Below, in pieces: positions 45,175 through 56,989 of a stretch of 64,000 nucleotides of DNA. The notes beneath the pieces are model-generated. The model did not search any database. It was not told the origin of the DNA and worked only from the letters and a program-made list of their open reading frames with translations. Source of the stretch: Camelus dromedarius (Eukaryota); the NCBI RefSeq assembly GCF_036321535.1, contig NC_087437.1, positions 65,288,001-65,352,000 on the forward strand, given 5' to 3'. Position 1 is the first letter of the stretch, and every line of letters begins with the position of its first letter. Position numbers and translations under genes: made by a program.

Positions 45175-45312
45175 GTTTTGTTTTTGGAATTGAAGTTGCC
45201 ACCAAGTGGAGAGAGAAAAAACCAAGGTAGCAAGAAAACTTTGGGTTCTACCAGAAGAGGGATTGACAATGGACACAAGCAAAGGCTGGGAAAACAGTTC
45301 AGCACTAGTAAG
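45175..45312 (+). CDS. POLQ: POLQ exon ~21 (VLFLELKLPP...KQFSTSK; thumb with insert 1)
   Basis: ttacag| acceptor, AAG|gtgctc donor, 138 bp, phase 0 to 0. Confidence 0.94.
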
Positions 45313-46531
45313 GTGCTCTTTGGGGCAGTCACAGGGCAGAATCTGAACTACTTTTGGCATTTTGGTGAATTGAAAGAATGATGATGAAATCAAGATCCAA
45401 CATAGCTCACCATTTGAACTTACCCAGATAAAAACAAATTGGTTTGTGGTTCAGCTGCCCACAAAAACTGTGGAGACATTCCAGCATGGAAAATCTGGAT
45501 CATAATCTGAGTTAGCAGTTGTTTCCTTCCTATCATTAAGACAGTACAAAGGTTTGTAAATTCAGACCTATAGACATTACTTAATTATTGACATCCACTA
45601 CTCTTGGGCTTCTAGTATAATATAATTTGTGTAGTTACATGAATGTGAACAAAGATATGGAAGAATTTTTTTTTAAGTCAATACAAATAAAATTTTGTTT
45701 TTTTCAGTTCCAGAGCAAAATAGTAAATTTTCCATGAATTTGTTTTAAGAATCTAATCTGTTAATTTCAAAGTAAAATTGCTAATCACAGTCCATGGAAA
45801 CTGTATTCATGTGACATAGGAGAAAAAGGGCTTAATTTTACATTTCTACTGAATGAATTATTAATGGAAAATAAGGGTAGAAAGTACAGCCATGGAGAGA
45901 GCTGTCCAAGTTGCCATTCTGTAGAATTTTGATCATAATATTATTAACTATGACTTGCCTGCCTTGGGAAAGTTTCCACAGCTTCATCCTGTAGCAAAAT
46001 GTTTTATTTGATGGTGGTAGCCTTCATACCTCACAAGTCTTAATTCCTTAATGGTTCACTGAAAGTCAATAGCATGGAAAATTCAAAGTTTTAAAAATAA
46101 ATGTCTTCTGGTTTCCTTGATACAGAAACCATGAAAGTATTAGAGCAAAAAAGAAGAAAAAAATAAGGGCTGGGAAACTTCCCATCACATGAACAATGGA
46201 GGAGAAAAATAAAAGAAGAAATGATGTAAACTCTTGTGTAGGGTGTGGAGGAGCAGCTACTTCGCTAAGTTGACATCTCATTGATTTTCTAAAAAGATAG
46301 CTCTAAATTGATATCATTCAACATTAACATGTTTACATTTTATAATATGTAGTTATTATAAGTTTATCATTATGGTGATTTCCAAAAAACCCAAATAGTA
46401 ACTTTGAGTTGCAGATACAGGAGTTAATCACATTAAATTTTGAGACTATGTTATTTACTTAAAAGAGATTCTGGTTTGCTATGAAATTTGGATAAGAATC
46501 TGATCTTACTTTAGTATATTTTTTTTGGCAG

Positions 46532-46706
46532 GATGTTTTAAATAAATTAAAGGCAATACATCCTTTACCAGGCTTGATATTAGAGTGGAGAAGAATCACT
46601 AATGCTATTACCAAAGTAGTCTTTCCCCTGCAGCGGGAAAAGCGTCTGAATCCTTTTCTTGGAATGGAAAGAATCTATCCTGTATCACAGTCACACACTG
46701 CTACAG
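46532..46706 (+). CDS. POLQ: POLQ exon ~22 (DVLNKLKAIHPLPGLILEWRRITNAITKVVFPLQREKRLNPFLGMERIYPVSQSHTAT)
   Basis: ggcag| acceptor, G|gtaatg donor, 175 bp; absent from the ORF track, translated by hand. Confidence 0.95.
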
Positions 46707-47294
46707 GTAATGAGAAATCTTAAATATGGATGATATCCAATTGTGCAGAAAAAACTTCATAAGTAGTATTTGCTTGTAATGACCAAGGAATTCAAGTGTT
46801 GATCATTGGGTTCCATGAAGTCCTATAAACATTTATAAAACACATACTACATCCAAAGTATAGGTGGATGGATGTTGCCTAGATACAGAGATGAAATGTA
46901 GTGGGATATAGTTCCTGCTTTCAAGTACCGTATGGAGCAACTTGGATGTTTGAGATTGAATGAGAGTATACCTAGGAATTAAATATTTATTTGAGTCAGT
47001 GATCTTACCTAATTTCATTCCCAACCCCTCTCCTAAATCTCTTAAGATTCTCCCCAAGTTGAATATAAGTAGGCCTGTGGGGGCATATGTATAATAAGGG
47101 AGTGTCTTATTTTACTCAATCAGAAAAGAAAGCTATAGAGTACTTTGGGTGTCTCATGGTCCTCTTGGGATAAGTGTGCATGTAGTCTCGTGAAGAAAAA
47201 AAGCATGCTTTCTCTAGGTAGTGCAAAGCTCTAAATATTTGCCAAATGCAATGTGCAGTTAGAAGAAAGGGCAGTATTAACTCCTTCATAGGGG

Positions 47295-47525
47295 AGGCAT
47301 TTTAGTTTGGTGGTATCGAATGTGGACTTTGATATTAGAGTTTTACAAGGTTTGCATCCTGGTGCTGTGAATCTTCAGACAAGGTACTTAACCTCTCAGT
47401 GCCTAAGTTTCCTCATGTATAAAACAAGATAATAATAGTCCTACCTCACTGGGTCATCTCGAGGATTAAATAGATTAATACTTGTAAAGTGTTTAGAATA
47501 ATGTATGGTACATTATCAGTTGTTG
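47295..47525 (+). mobile_element. MIR
   Basis: Core tacttaacctctcagtgcctaagtttcctcatgtataaaa...gaggattaaatag. Confidence 0.8.
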
Positions 47526-48544
47526 CTGCTATTGAGGATGGGGGCACCATGAGGAGCTGCTTTTCTATCTGCTTGCTTAGTCTCTATTGTAAACAATTTT
47601 CCCTTCTTCCCTATTGAGTTAACCACTTGGTGCTTCTTGCCAATTTCTTGCCTTGTTGATATTTGTTTCATTTTGGAACATATGCTAATACTGTAAACTT
47701 ATTTAAAATAAATCCTTGTTGGTGAAAAAAAGAATCAACCTAGAGCTCTCAAAGCTCTTACACATTTATTTGTTTCTTATAAAGTAGAAAGTCATCAGTT
47801 CTTTTTTGTTTTCCTGATTGGTTTTCATCATACTATACCTGCATTTAAAGAATATTTTAAAAATACAAACTTACCTAAGCATAGTAAAGCCATTTCATTA
47901 TTAGAATTTGTCTCTGTGAAGCTACATTCATATTCTTTATTTTTAACATCTAATTAGTTTCCCAATGGTACCTCCTTAATCCAAACAATAGACCTGAATA
48001 TTAAATATTATTATAGAAAAGAAGACAGTGTGTTCAGGCACAAAGAGACTTGGATTCTTACTTCTGCTACTTGTTAGCTTTGTAAAATTGAACAGGCCAT
48101 TTAATGCTATAAGTATATTAGTATCTACCATTAATTGAGCACTAATTTTTGCTAAAATTTAAATAACGAAGACATAGTTTTCAGGAGTTTATTCAGAAAA
48201 ACTATCAGAGGTTCTTAAAATGTCCGATTCATCAAAAGAAGGTGAAATTATATACACTAGCTAGTGGAGAGCCTGTTACAATGAAGAGTATCATAAAACA
48301 GGATTCTGTGTCTTTATATATGTACTATAAAAATTGCAGTAAAGAGTCAGTTACCCAGACTTTTTGAACACTGCTTATGTATTTTAGAAAAATTCATCCA
48401 ATAAGTAAATAAGTAAAATGTAAAATATTGGGGGGAAAATAAAGACCATAAGCATTAAAATAAATAGCTTTCTGTTTCCTAGAAAATTCATTAGCCACCT
48501 GATTCTGGTTTCTAGCCATGTGAGTACTATCATTGATTTTCTTG

Positions 48545-48790
48545 ATGAGTGACGATGAGGAGGAGGAAAACTGGCCAGGTGATATCCAGAAGGTGATGTT
48601 CCAGTCACTGTCTCTCACTGCTACTCCATCTGCTGCGTTAGCTAACTCCTCTGGCCTCACTGGTCTCTCTTCAGCACTCAGTTGCTCTTCTGCTTCAGAT
48701 CCTCCTCTCTCTATCTTGTACATTTCTGGCTTTTAAAGGCTCTGACAGTCATTTCTTCTAGGATCCATTTGATTTGTCTTTATTCACTAG
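48545..48790 (-). mobile_element. Probable ancient RTE-X (L4-like) LINE 3' fragment
   Basis: Reverse translation MDPRR..QSL*KPEMYKIERGGS...EELANAADGVAVRD resembles a decayed RTE C-terminus (KP..KRGRP...A.DR..WR), followed by a (cct/cat)-like tail. Confidence 0.5.
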
Positions 48791-49155
48791 TATAGCGGTT
48801 AGCATTTTATAGTGCTAACTTCTTGGCACTCATTTTAGCATAGAAACAGTACAATTTATCACATTACTTATTATCATGGGATTGTTTTCTGTAGAGCTAG
48901 GTAAATATGAAACATAGTAGTTTAGCTTATTCATATACTTACTTACAGTGGGATTGGTCTTGTACTTACTTTATTATTGTTAGACACATGAACATAATGA
49001 AAATATTTCATTTAAATTTAAATTTATTTCAGTTTAACAATAATAGAGCATGCATTTTTAGGATAATTTAGAAATGGTATTACTGTTAAAATAAATGTCA
49101 GATTTCCCTTATCCTGTCCCCCCTATTTTTCTGTCTTTATTCTGCTTGCTTTTAG

Positions 49156-49282
49156 GACGAATAACCTTTATAGAACCAAATATTCAGAATGTACCAAGAG
49201 ATTTTGAGATCAGAATGCCAACACTAGTAGAGGAAAGCCCACCTTCCCAAGCCCTAGGCAAAGGCCTGCTTCCTACAAGCAG
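49156..49282 (+). CDS. POLQ: POLQ exon ~23 (GRITFIEPNIQNVPRDFEIRMPTL...; TATGR..PNIQN motif and start of insert 2)
   Basis: tttag| acceptor, AG|gtaggc donor, 127 bp, phase 1 to 2. Confidence 0.95.
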
Positions 49283-49885
49283 GTAGGCTCTATTTCTCTT
49301 CATTTGTGTTTATATACTTCCGGGAGTATGAGTGGCTCAAAAAATAGCCTGTTGGACAAAATAATGGAATTTGTTTAATTTTCTGTTCCAGGCATACACA
49401 TTTCTTTTCTGGGAACTACCCATTTCAAATCCTGAGTTTGTCTATAAAGAAGCTAGTTGATGGTAAAAAGCTGAAAACCCGGCCACTAATTAAATCAATC
49501 AGCATAGAATTCTTGTTTCACTCGACACTCAAATACTAAAGGGAAAAGTTTACAGTGTCTGGAACATCCCTGTTCCTTCCATCCCCATATGCTCACAAAA
49601 GGAAAAAAACACAGATCATTTATATTAGGTATGGTTAATGAGATTTGTTGAGTTGAGTGAAGCAGTTTGTGGGAAAGGTTATTACAGAAATATCTTCCTT
49701 CCTGTTTCATTGAATGTTTGCTGAAAGAGGTCTAGTATCTTCTTTAAGCTTCAAAGTGAATTTCAAATAATAAGCTTTTTAAATTTCTTAGATGGAAATA
49801 CTGACTTTACTAAAAAGAAAATCAGACCATTTTCATATATTTGAGACTACTTCATGTCCAGCTAATGATTTTGTTTGCACAGCAG

Positions 49886-50007
49886 AGGAGGAAAAAAGAA
49901 GGGCTGTGGTCTGAACAGCAGGCATCAGGCACAGATGGGGGAGAGAGCCTCAGACAGAGGAATGCCTTTTTCAGTTAGCATGAGACATGCTTTTGTGCCT
50001 TTCCCAG
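49886..50007 (+). CDS. POLQ: POLQ exon ~24 (GGKKKGCGLNSRHQAQMGERASDRGMPFSVSMRHAFVPFP); alternative start at 49883
   Basis: Tandem cagcag| acceptor, G|gtaaga donor; 122 or 125 bp, both in frame. Confidence 0.92.
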
Positions 50008-50279
50008 GTAAGATTTTTGAGTTTCTTATTGCTGTGGGAATGGTTTTCAAAGCAGTGATAAAGCCTGAATTATGAATAAGACTCAGAAGAATGCATTGGT
50101 TCCTACATCTTTCCTCTCTTTAGTGGAGCCTGTTTTTTCCCCCGTTGCCAGGACAGTCAGTCAGCATTGTCTTCGTGATCTGCTCTATGGGAAACTTTTG
50201 TGCTGTTTGCTCAGCAACCTGCTGAAATCATGTTATCCTAGGTCATTTACAATGTGTTTAGTTAACTATCTAAAGTAAG

Positions 50280-53240
50280 TTTAGATTTAAGTCTACTGTC
50301 TTGTCATTTGTATTTTGTTCTATCTGTTCATTGTTCTTTTTTAAAATTTTTAAGTGACTATTTTTATTGTTTTATTTCCTCTCGCCTTATTAACTATATA
50401 TCTTAGATATTTTTAGAGTTTACAGTATGCATCACACCACAGTGTAGCTTCAAATAATTTTATACCACTTTATCCATAATGTAAAGAGTTCTTTTTCAAT
50501 TTCCCTTTTCTTGTAATAGATTTTCCTGTAACTATTATTAAAAAACTTTGCTATGTAGGTATTGGTTTTGCTTTAAACAGTTATTACCTTTCAAAGAAAT
50601 CAAGAAACAAAAAAGTGTCTTTTCTTTATGTCTATCTTTTTTTTACCCTTTGACACTCTTTGTTCGTTGGAGTAGACTCAGGTCTCCGTTTACTGTCATT
50701 TTTCTTCACCCTGAGTACGTTAAGTCTTTTTTGTAGCACAATTCTACTAGTGATGATTTCTCTCAGCATTTCCATGTCTCTTATTTTATTTATTTTATCC
50801 TTTCTTTTGTAAAATATTTTTATTTGACATATATTAATGGTTTTACAGTCTTTCTCTTTTAGCGCTTTAGATATGTATTTCCATTAGCTTATGGTTTGTA
50901 TTATTTCTGATGAGAAGTACACCACTATTTTCTTGCTATTCCTCTAAGCATAATATATCTTTTCCCTAGATGCTTTATAAATTTTTTTCTTTTAATTTGT
51001 TATTCAGTTTTAGCAATTTGATTTGCTTGTGAGTCTCTGGGTGGTTTTTCTTGCTTTACTTCTTAGGTTTTTGAATATGCTGAATTTCCTGAGTTTGCTT
51101 AGGTTTTTTTTATTTTTTCCCCTTAATCTATGTGCTTATATGTTTCATTAAATTTGGAACATTTTCAGCCATTATTTCTTGTAGTATTTTTGATCCCTGT
51201 CTCTTTTTTCCTAGTCCTCCAATTACATATATGTAATACCACTTTATACTGTCCCACAGATCACTGAAACTTTTTTTTCTTTTTTATTCCCCTCTCCATT
51301 TTTTTTTTTTTAAATTCTGTGCTACAGTGGATATATTCCATTGACTGTTTTAATGTGATCTTTAATTCTACAGTGTCTAGTTGCCTGTTACATCCTTCTG
51401 GTGAATTTTACACTTCAGGTATTGTATTTTCAGTTTTAGAACTTTCATTTAATTTTTTGTATAGTTCCATTACTTAATTGCAATTCACTATTTGTTCCGT
51501 AGTTCCTATGTTCCATGTTCCTCGTTTCTATATTTCCTTAAATTCCTTAACATATTAAAATGCCATAATCTCTATAATATCTGGGTCATTTTTCTAATGA
51601 TTGAATTTTCTCCCAGTCACAGTTACATTTTCCTGGTTCTTCATACGTCTAGTATTTTTTTTTTTTAATTGTATGCTGGACATTGTAGTTAGTACATTGT
51701 TGACTCTTTGGATTTTGTAATCTTCAGATAGTCTTTTCTTCTGGAAGGCAGCTAATTTGCTTTCACATCAGCTTGACCATTTTGAGACTTTTAAAGCTTT
51801 GTTAGCAAAAGTTTAGAGTAGCTTTTACTCTACTGCTAGGTTAACCATTATTAGATGTAACTCTGTGGGCGGGTCTCTACTTTGCTCAAGTTGTCTAACA
51901 AGGTCTCTCTATCTCAGTCTGGTCAGAGCTTGAACATCTTTCAGCATTCAGGAGAATGTTGTTCAAGTAATTGTTCAGCTGACAGCTGAACTTTGGTAAT
52001 AGTTATTTCTTTAGTGTTCATTCTTTGCCTGATTCCCTGAACTTTCTCCCTGCAGTTTAGTGTTTGATCAGACATCCAGAGGGATTACTGTGCATATTTC
52101 TGGTGATCCGTTTATGCACAGTTCCTTTCTCCAAATTTCACAAATTCCAGCTGCCTCAGTAGGCCCAGTTTGCTTTCTCTGTTTCCTCAACTCAGAGACC
52201 ACATGCTTTGTTTCATCTCTCTTTCCTTACACTGCCTCCATTCAAAAGTGCCTCCATTCAGAAACATGAGGCAGTTGCATGGTACCCACTATCTCCCCTC
52301 TCCCTTCTCCTTCCCCTTTCTCAAGGATTGTAGTCCTACGTTGCCAATTGTCCACTCACCATCTGAAAAGAGTTATTTCATATATTTTGTCCAGTTTTAT
52401 TTTGTTTATGGCAGGAAGGCCATAAAAATTGTGGTCATTTGCTTTAAATCAGTATTTATATATTTTTGAATTGGTTATTCATTTACATAGTTCAGAAATC
52501 AAAATATATAAAAGGAATATATTGAGAAACTTTGCTTCCTTCTATGTCCTAGCTACTCTATTATTTATAACTCTTAATTACCTATTTGAGTTTCTTATAT
52601 TTCCTTCCAGTATTTCTTCATGCAGATATAAGCAAATATGAATACATACTATTTTTTCCCCTAGTTTTAAAAAAGTGTAAGCATTCCACAGGCACTGTTG
52701 TTTGCTTTGCTTTTTAAAATATTTTTATATGGAAGATTTGTGATTATCAATAAAGAGATTGAACATAAACCAGTGTAATCTGTGTGCAGGTAATCTTTGT
52801 AGCAAACTGTGGGCTTGTTTATTGAGTCACAGATTAAAAACCTGTTTAATTCTGATAGAGATTATCAAATTGCCATCTAATGGGCACAGTTACCACTTAC
52901 TTTGCAGTAACAAAATATGGATGTTTTTCTACAATCTTGACCCAGAATGTGCTGTCCAACCTCTGGAATTTTGCAGGATAAGTAGAAAAAAACAGTTTCT
53001 TACTATAGATTTAATTTGCATTTCTTTTATTGTGAATGAAGTTAAGCATTATTTAATGTTGTTAAGGCTCTTTTGTTTTTATTATTTCTGTGAACTGCCT
53101 GTTTATATTTTGTTCTTGGTTTGTAGCACCTCTTTTCTATAATATGTTGAATTCTTTGTGATATCAGTTGCAAATATTTTTCCTTTTTCTTTTACCCTGC
53201 TTTTACTTTATTTATTTTATTTTGTTTTTGCCATGCATAT
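50280..53240 (-). mobile_element. Old, fragmented L1 (L1M/L1ME-like)
   Basis: T-rich, with reverse L1 motifs tttctgatgagaagt, attttcagccattatttctt, gatttaatttgcatttct, ttgcaaatatttttcc. Confidence 0.65.
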
Positions 53241-53404
53241 CCAATCATTTCTAGCCCATAGATAAATTATTTGAATCCTCTTAATAACCATTCTTCACAT
53301 ATAGAGCACTTGATTTTTTGTTTTGTTGAACAACTTTATTTTCAAAGCAGAGCACGCATTTCTCTCCAGCCCCCTTAAAATGTGCACATATTAGAAACCA
53401 GTTT

Positions 53405-53600
53405 CTCCATTCATTCATTCATGTATTCATTCTTTCATTCATTCATTCAACAACCGTTTGTTAAGGGCCTATTATGTGCCAGAAACTGTGCAGGGTTTTC
53501 TATAGAATGCAAAAGATTAAGTCTCCTACCCCTAATGACTACTTGGGAGAAGCATGAAAGAACCATTTTAGATTATGTGTCAGTGCTTTGGGAACACTGA
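53405..53600 (-). mobile_element. L2 3' end
   Basis: (cattt)n/(catt)n tail then caacaaccgtttgttaagggcctattatgtgccag. Confidence 0.75.
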
Positions 53601-53853
53601 GGAAAGCACTACCGCAGTGGTTAAGGGGCAGAGGTCAAGGGTGACTTTACATACATTTACATACTCGACAGCTAAGCAAAAAAACTTCGCATGTTGTAGA
53701 ATTGAATTGAATCATATTAAGAGCAAGGTTTTTGGCTTTTGGCTACATTATTTCATGGTTCTGTGTTTGAACTAAATTTCTGTTATCCTGCTCAGTGTCA
53801 TAAAACTTGGGGGTATTTTTGTGCCAAATTTTCTAAAATTATTTCTATTTCAG

Positions 53854-54038
53854 GTGGTTTAATATTAGCTGCTGATTACTCTCAACTTGAGCTGAGGATC
53901 TTGGCTCATTTATCCCATGATCATCGTCTCATTCAAGTACTAAACACTGGAGCTGATGTCTTCAGGAGTATTGCAGCTGACTGGAAGATGACTGAGCCAG
54001 AATCTGTTGGGGATGATCTGAGGCAACAAGCAAAGCAG
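53854..54038 (+). CDS. POLQ: POLQ exon ~25 (motif A ADYSQLELRILAHLS; start of motif B RQQAKQ)
   Basis: tttcag| acceptor, CAG|gtgatc donor, 185 bp; catalytic Asp codon GAT at 53874-53876. Confidence 0.97.
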
Positions 54039-54305
54039 GTGATCTTAGTGAACATGCCTAACATAAATGAGGAGAATTTTAATGATTCAAAAAAAATTTT
54101 TTTTAAACTGTCTCAATCATTTGCAGTTGAAAAGTGATTTCTCCATCTTTGGGTCTTTCACAATATTCATCTGAGCCTATCTCATGGTATTAATTATATT
54201 CTTTGTAGAGCCAGTAGAAAGAATCAGACTTAGTCTGGGGCTACTTAGTTTCAGGAAAGCCATTTACATTAGTGATAGATATTGTGGTGGTGGTGGTAGA
54301 TGTTA

Positions 54306-54308
<3 letters not shown>

Positions 54309-54336
<28 letters not shown>
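54309..54336. repeat. (TG)n microsatellite
   Basis: About 14 TG units. Confidence 0.95.
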
Positions 54337-54338
<2 letters not shown>

Positions 54339-54969
54339 TTTTAAATTCTCTTTCTAGCCTGTAAGCACCCTTATGCTTATCTTTCTATATTCACACAGCA
54401 TTAAGCCACAGTGCTTTTTATAGAATGGTGCTCTCTAATATTTGTTGAAAAATAAATGTTGCTGAACTATGGATTATAATTAATAACTAATAGTTTTTTA
54501 GTTTTTTGAGGCCATTGGTTAGCTCAGCTGCCCATGAAACTTCATATTGCTGTTGGACTTTTCAAATGGGTCCATATTAATTCCTATTCCTGGATGACTA
54601 TCAGGCACAGGGACAATCAGAGTCCACAGTTACACCATTTCCTCCAGAATTAACACTAATACTTCCTTACCAAATGACCTGTGAGAAATATGATGCCATT
54701 TTCAAGAGAGCAGGGTTGTTGGCTGAAGTAAAGGCACACCACTTCCACCTCCAAGATCCTGCTTTGCTAGTTTTACATTTACACTTCTAGCTACTCGTAA
54801 CTATAATTCTTGATTGGCTCGGTAAGGATGAAACACTTCTCTCACCATTGGTTGCTTAACACCAACACTTGTTCCTCCTATTATTTAGAAAGCCAGCTTT
54901 GTCCTATTGAATCTTCTCAGGGGTCATGCATTTAGCAAGCATCAAACCCTAGGTTAATTAGATCATATT

Positions 54970-55140
54970 CCAATATTTAATACTCATAATAAATTTGTGA
55001 AATAGATATTATTATTATCCCCATTCTATATAGGAAGAAACCAAGGCACAGAAAGTTAGTAGTTTGCTTAAGGTCATAGAGCTCTAAATAGTGGAGCCAG
55101 TGTAAGTTCAGAATGCCAGAACGTAGACATTCTGACTCCA
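54970..55140 (-). mobile_element. MIR
   Basis: attattatccccattctatataggaagaaaccaaggcacagaaagttag. Confidence 0.75.
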
Positions 55141-55469
55141 TAATCTAAACATTTATACATAGATGATAGCTTTTTCTATTTAATAAGTTATTGCATGATT
55201 TAATATTGTTTATGCTTTTTTTTCCTTTTTTTCCCCTGAATTACCATGTGCTGACCGTCTAATCTAGATCTCTGTTGCTGAGATCTCAGACAGCACTAAG
55301 TAATATCTGAGTTAAAAAAAAAAAATACAGAAAGACCAAAAAAGAAAACTGGAGAGGGAAAAAATCCATCTCAATGTAACTTAAAAAAAAAAGTATTTTG
55401 AAAGTATTTTGGAATTCTGATAATCATTTTTTGCAAGTTATCTTTTAAAATTTTATTTACCAATGTTTA

Positions 55470-55655
55470 TATAGAGCTTACCTTATGTCATGCAGTTTCC
55501 TGAACATATATATAATAACTCATCTAATCCTAACAATGTCATGATGTAGTTATTACTATCCTCACTTTATGGTTGAAAAAAATCAAGATATAAGGTAGCC
55601 TTCGTAAGATAATACCTCTTGTAAATGGTGGAACTAGGATTTGAACCCAGGCAAT
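55470..55655 (-). mobile_element. MIR
   Basis: actcatctaatcct...gtaaatggtggaactaggatttgaacccaggca. Confidence 0.75.
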
Positions 55656-56311
55656 AATTATTATTAAATCAGAGTTTCTTTATTGACTGATTTAAACCAT
55701 TTTCCTTCACTACTTCCAAAACTTTCTCAAGAGTTTGTATTTAACCCAAATAAATTCTGTTATTGTGGGATTTCAGGTGGCTGTAAGATGAAGAGGATAT
55801 TTATTTCCAGTGAAGTCCCCCCCATTATGAAGTCATGTAGTCTACTCTTTCTGCTTTTTTAGTCCTATCGAAAGGTGAGGAGAGGGATGTTCATAATACT
55901 TCTCTTTCCTGACTTCTAGGCAGTAGTTTCTGACTCCTTTAAGCAATAGTTAATGAGGTATTAGGAGTAGAAAGCTGTTCTGAAGATTGCTGGATAAATG
56001 CTAGCGAGAAATAAATTTTTCCTTTTAAATCATTAGGGTTATTTTCTTAACTCACATACACTCACATGCATTCGTATTCTGCCCTTTCTTCTTTTCCTCC
56101 CCCGACCTCAAAAAGAATTGCTAAAAGGCAGAAAAAGATGTTCACTGGATATCCGCTTCTATGGATCTTACCCATGAAAAGCAAATCTAATCATTTCTTT
56201 GACTCACTGTGAAAAGTTTACCAAATTTCAATCCTAATAAACTTTTTATGTTTGCATTTTATGTAGTTATGACCTTTAACTTACATACTGAGTGTGATGA
56301 GTCCCTTTCAG

Positions 56312-56423
56312 ATTTGCTATGGAATCATATATGGAATGGGAGCTAAGTCTCTGGGAGAGCAGATGGGTATTAAAGAAAATGATGCTGCTTGCTACATCGA
56401 CTCCTTCAAAACCAGATACACTG
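56312..56423 (+). CDS. POLQ: POLQ exon ~26 (ICYGIIYGMGAKSLGEQMG...SFKTRYT; rest of motif B)
   Basis: tttcag| acceptor, G|gtaagg donor, 112 bp, phase 0 to 1. Confidence 0.96.
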
Positions 56424-56989
56424 GTAAGGAAGCCTTGAGTGTTATTTATCTTCTAGATACTATTCGTCTTAACTCTCTTTCCATATTATATTAATTTTTG
56501 TTAAAAAATAAAAATAGGATTTTCTATTAACATTTCCAACAGAAGTTTTCATCAAGCATTGTAAATTAAATAATATTAATTGAATAATTAATTAAAATAA
56601 CCTTACTTATTATTATTATTTACAAAGATGTGCTTTTTTCATAAAAGGAGGGACAGAAATGGAATAGTAAAATGCAGTTAATGTATGTGCTACTATGTCA
56701 TTGTGAATATCTCAAAATATAGGACTTGTCCTGTGCTTTGGGTTTATATAGCTTTAGCCTGAAACAATAAACTGTTGATTAAATGTACCAGAAACTGTGA
56801 GAGAACAATTATTATAGAGCAATTTGAATAACAATAAAATTCACGATTTTTAGGTGTATAGTTCTATGAATTTTGATAAGTGCACACATTCATATGATCT
56901 ACACTACAACCGATAGGGAAACATCACCCCATCACCTTAAAATGTTCTTTTTTGCCTCCTTTGTAATCAACCCTGTCTCCAGTCCCCAA

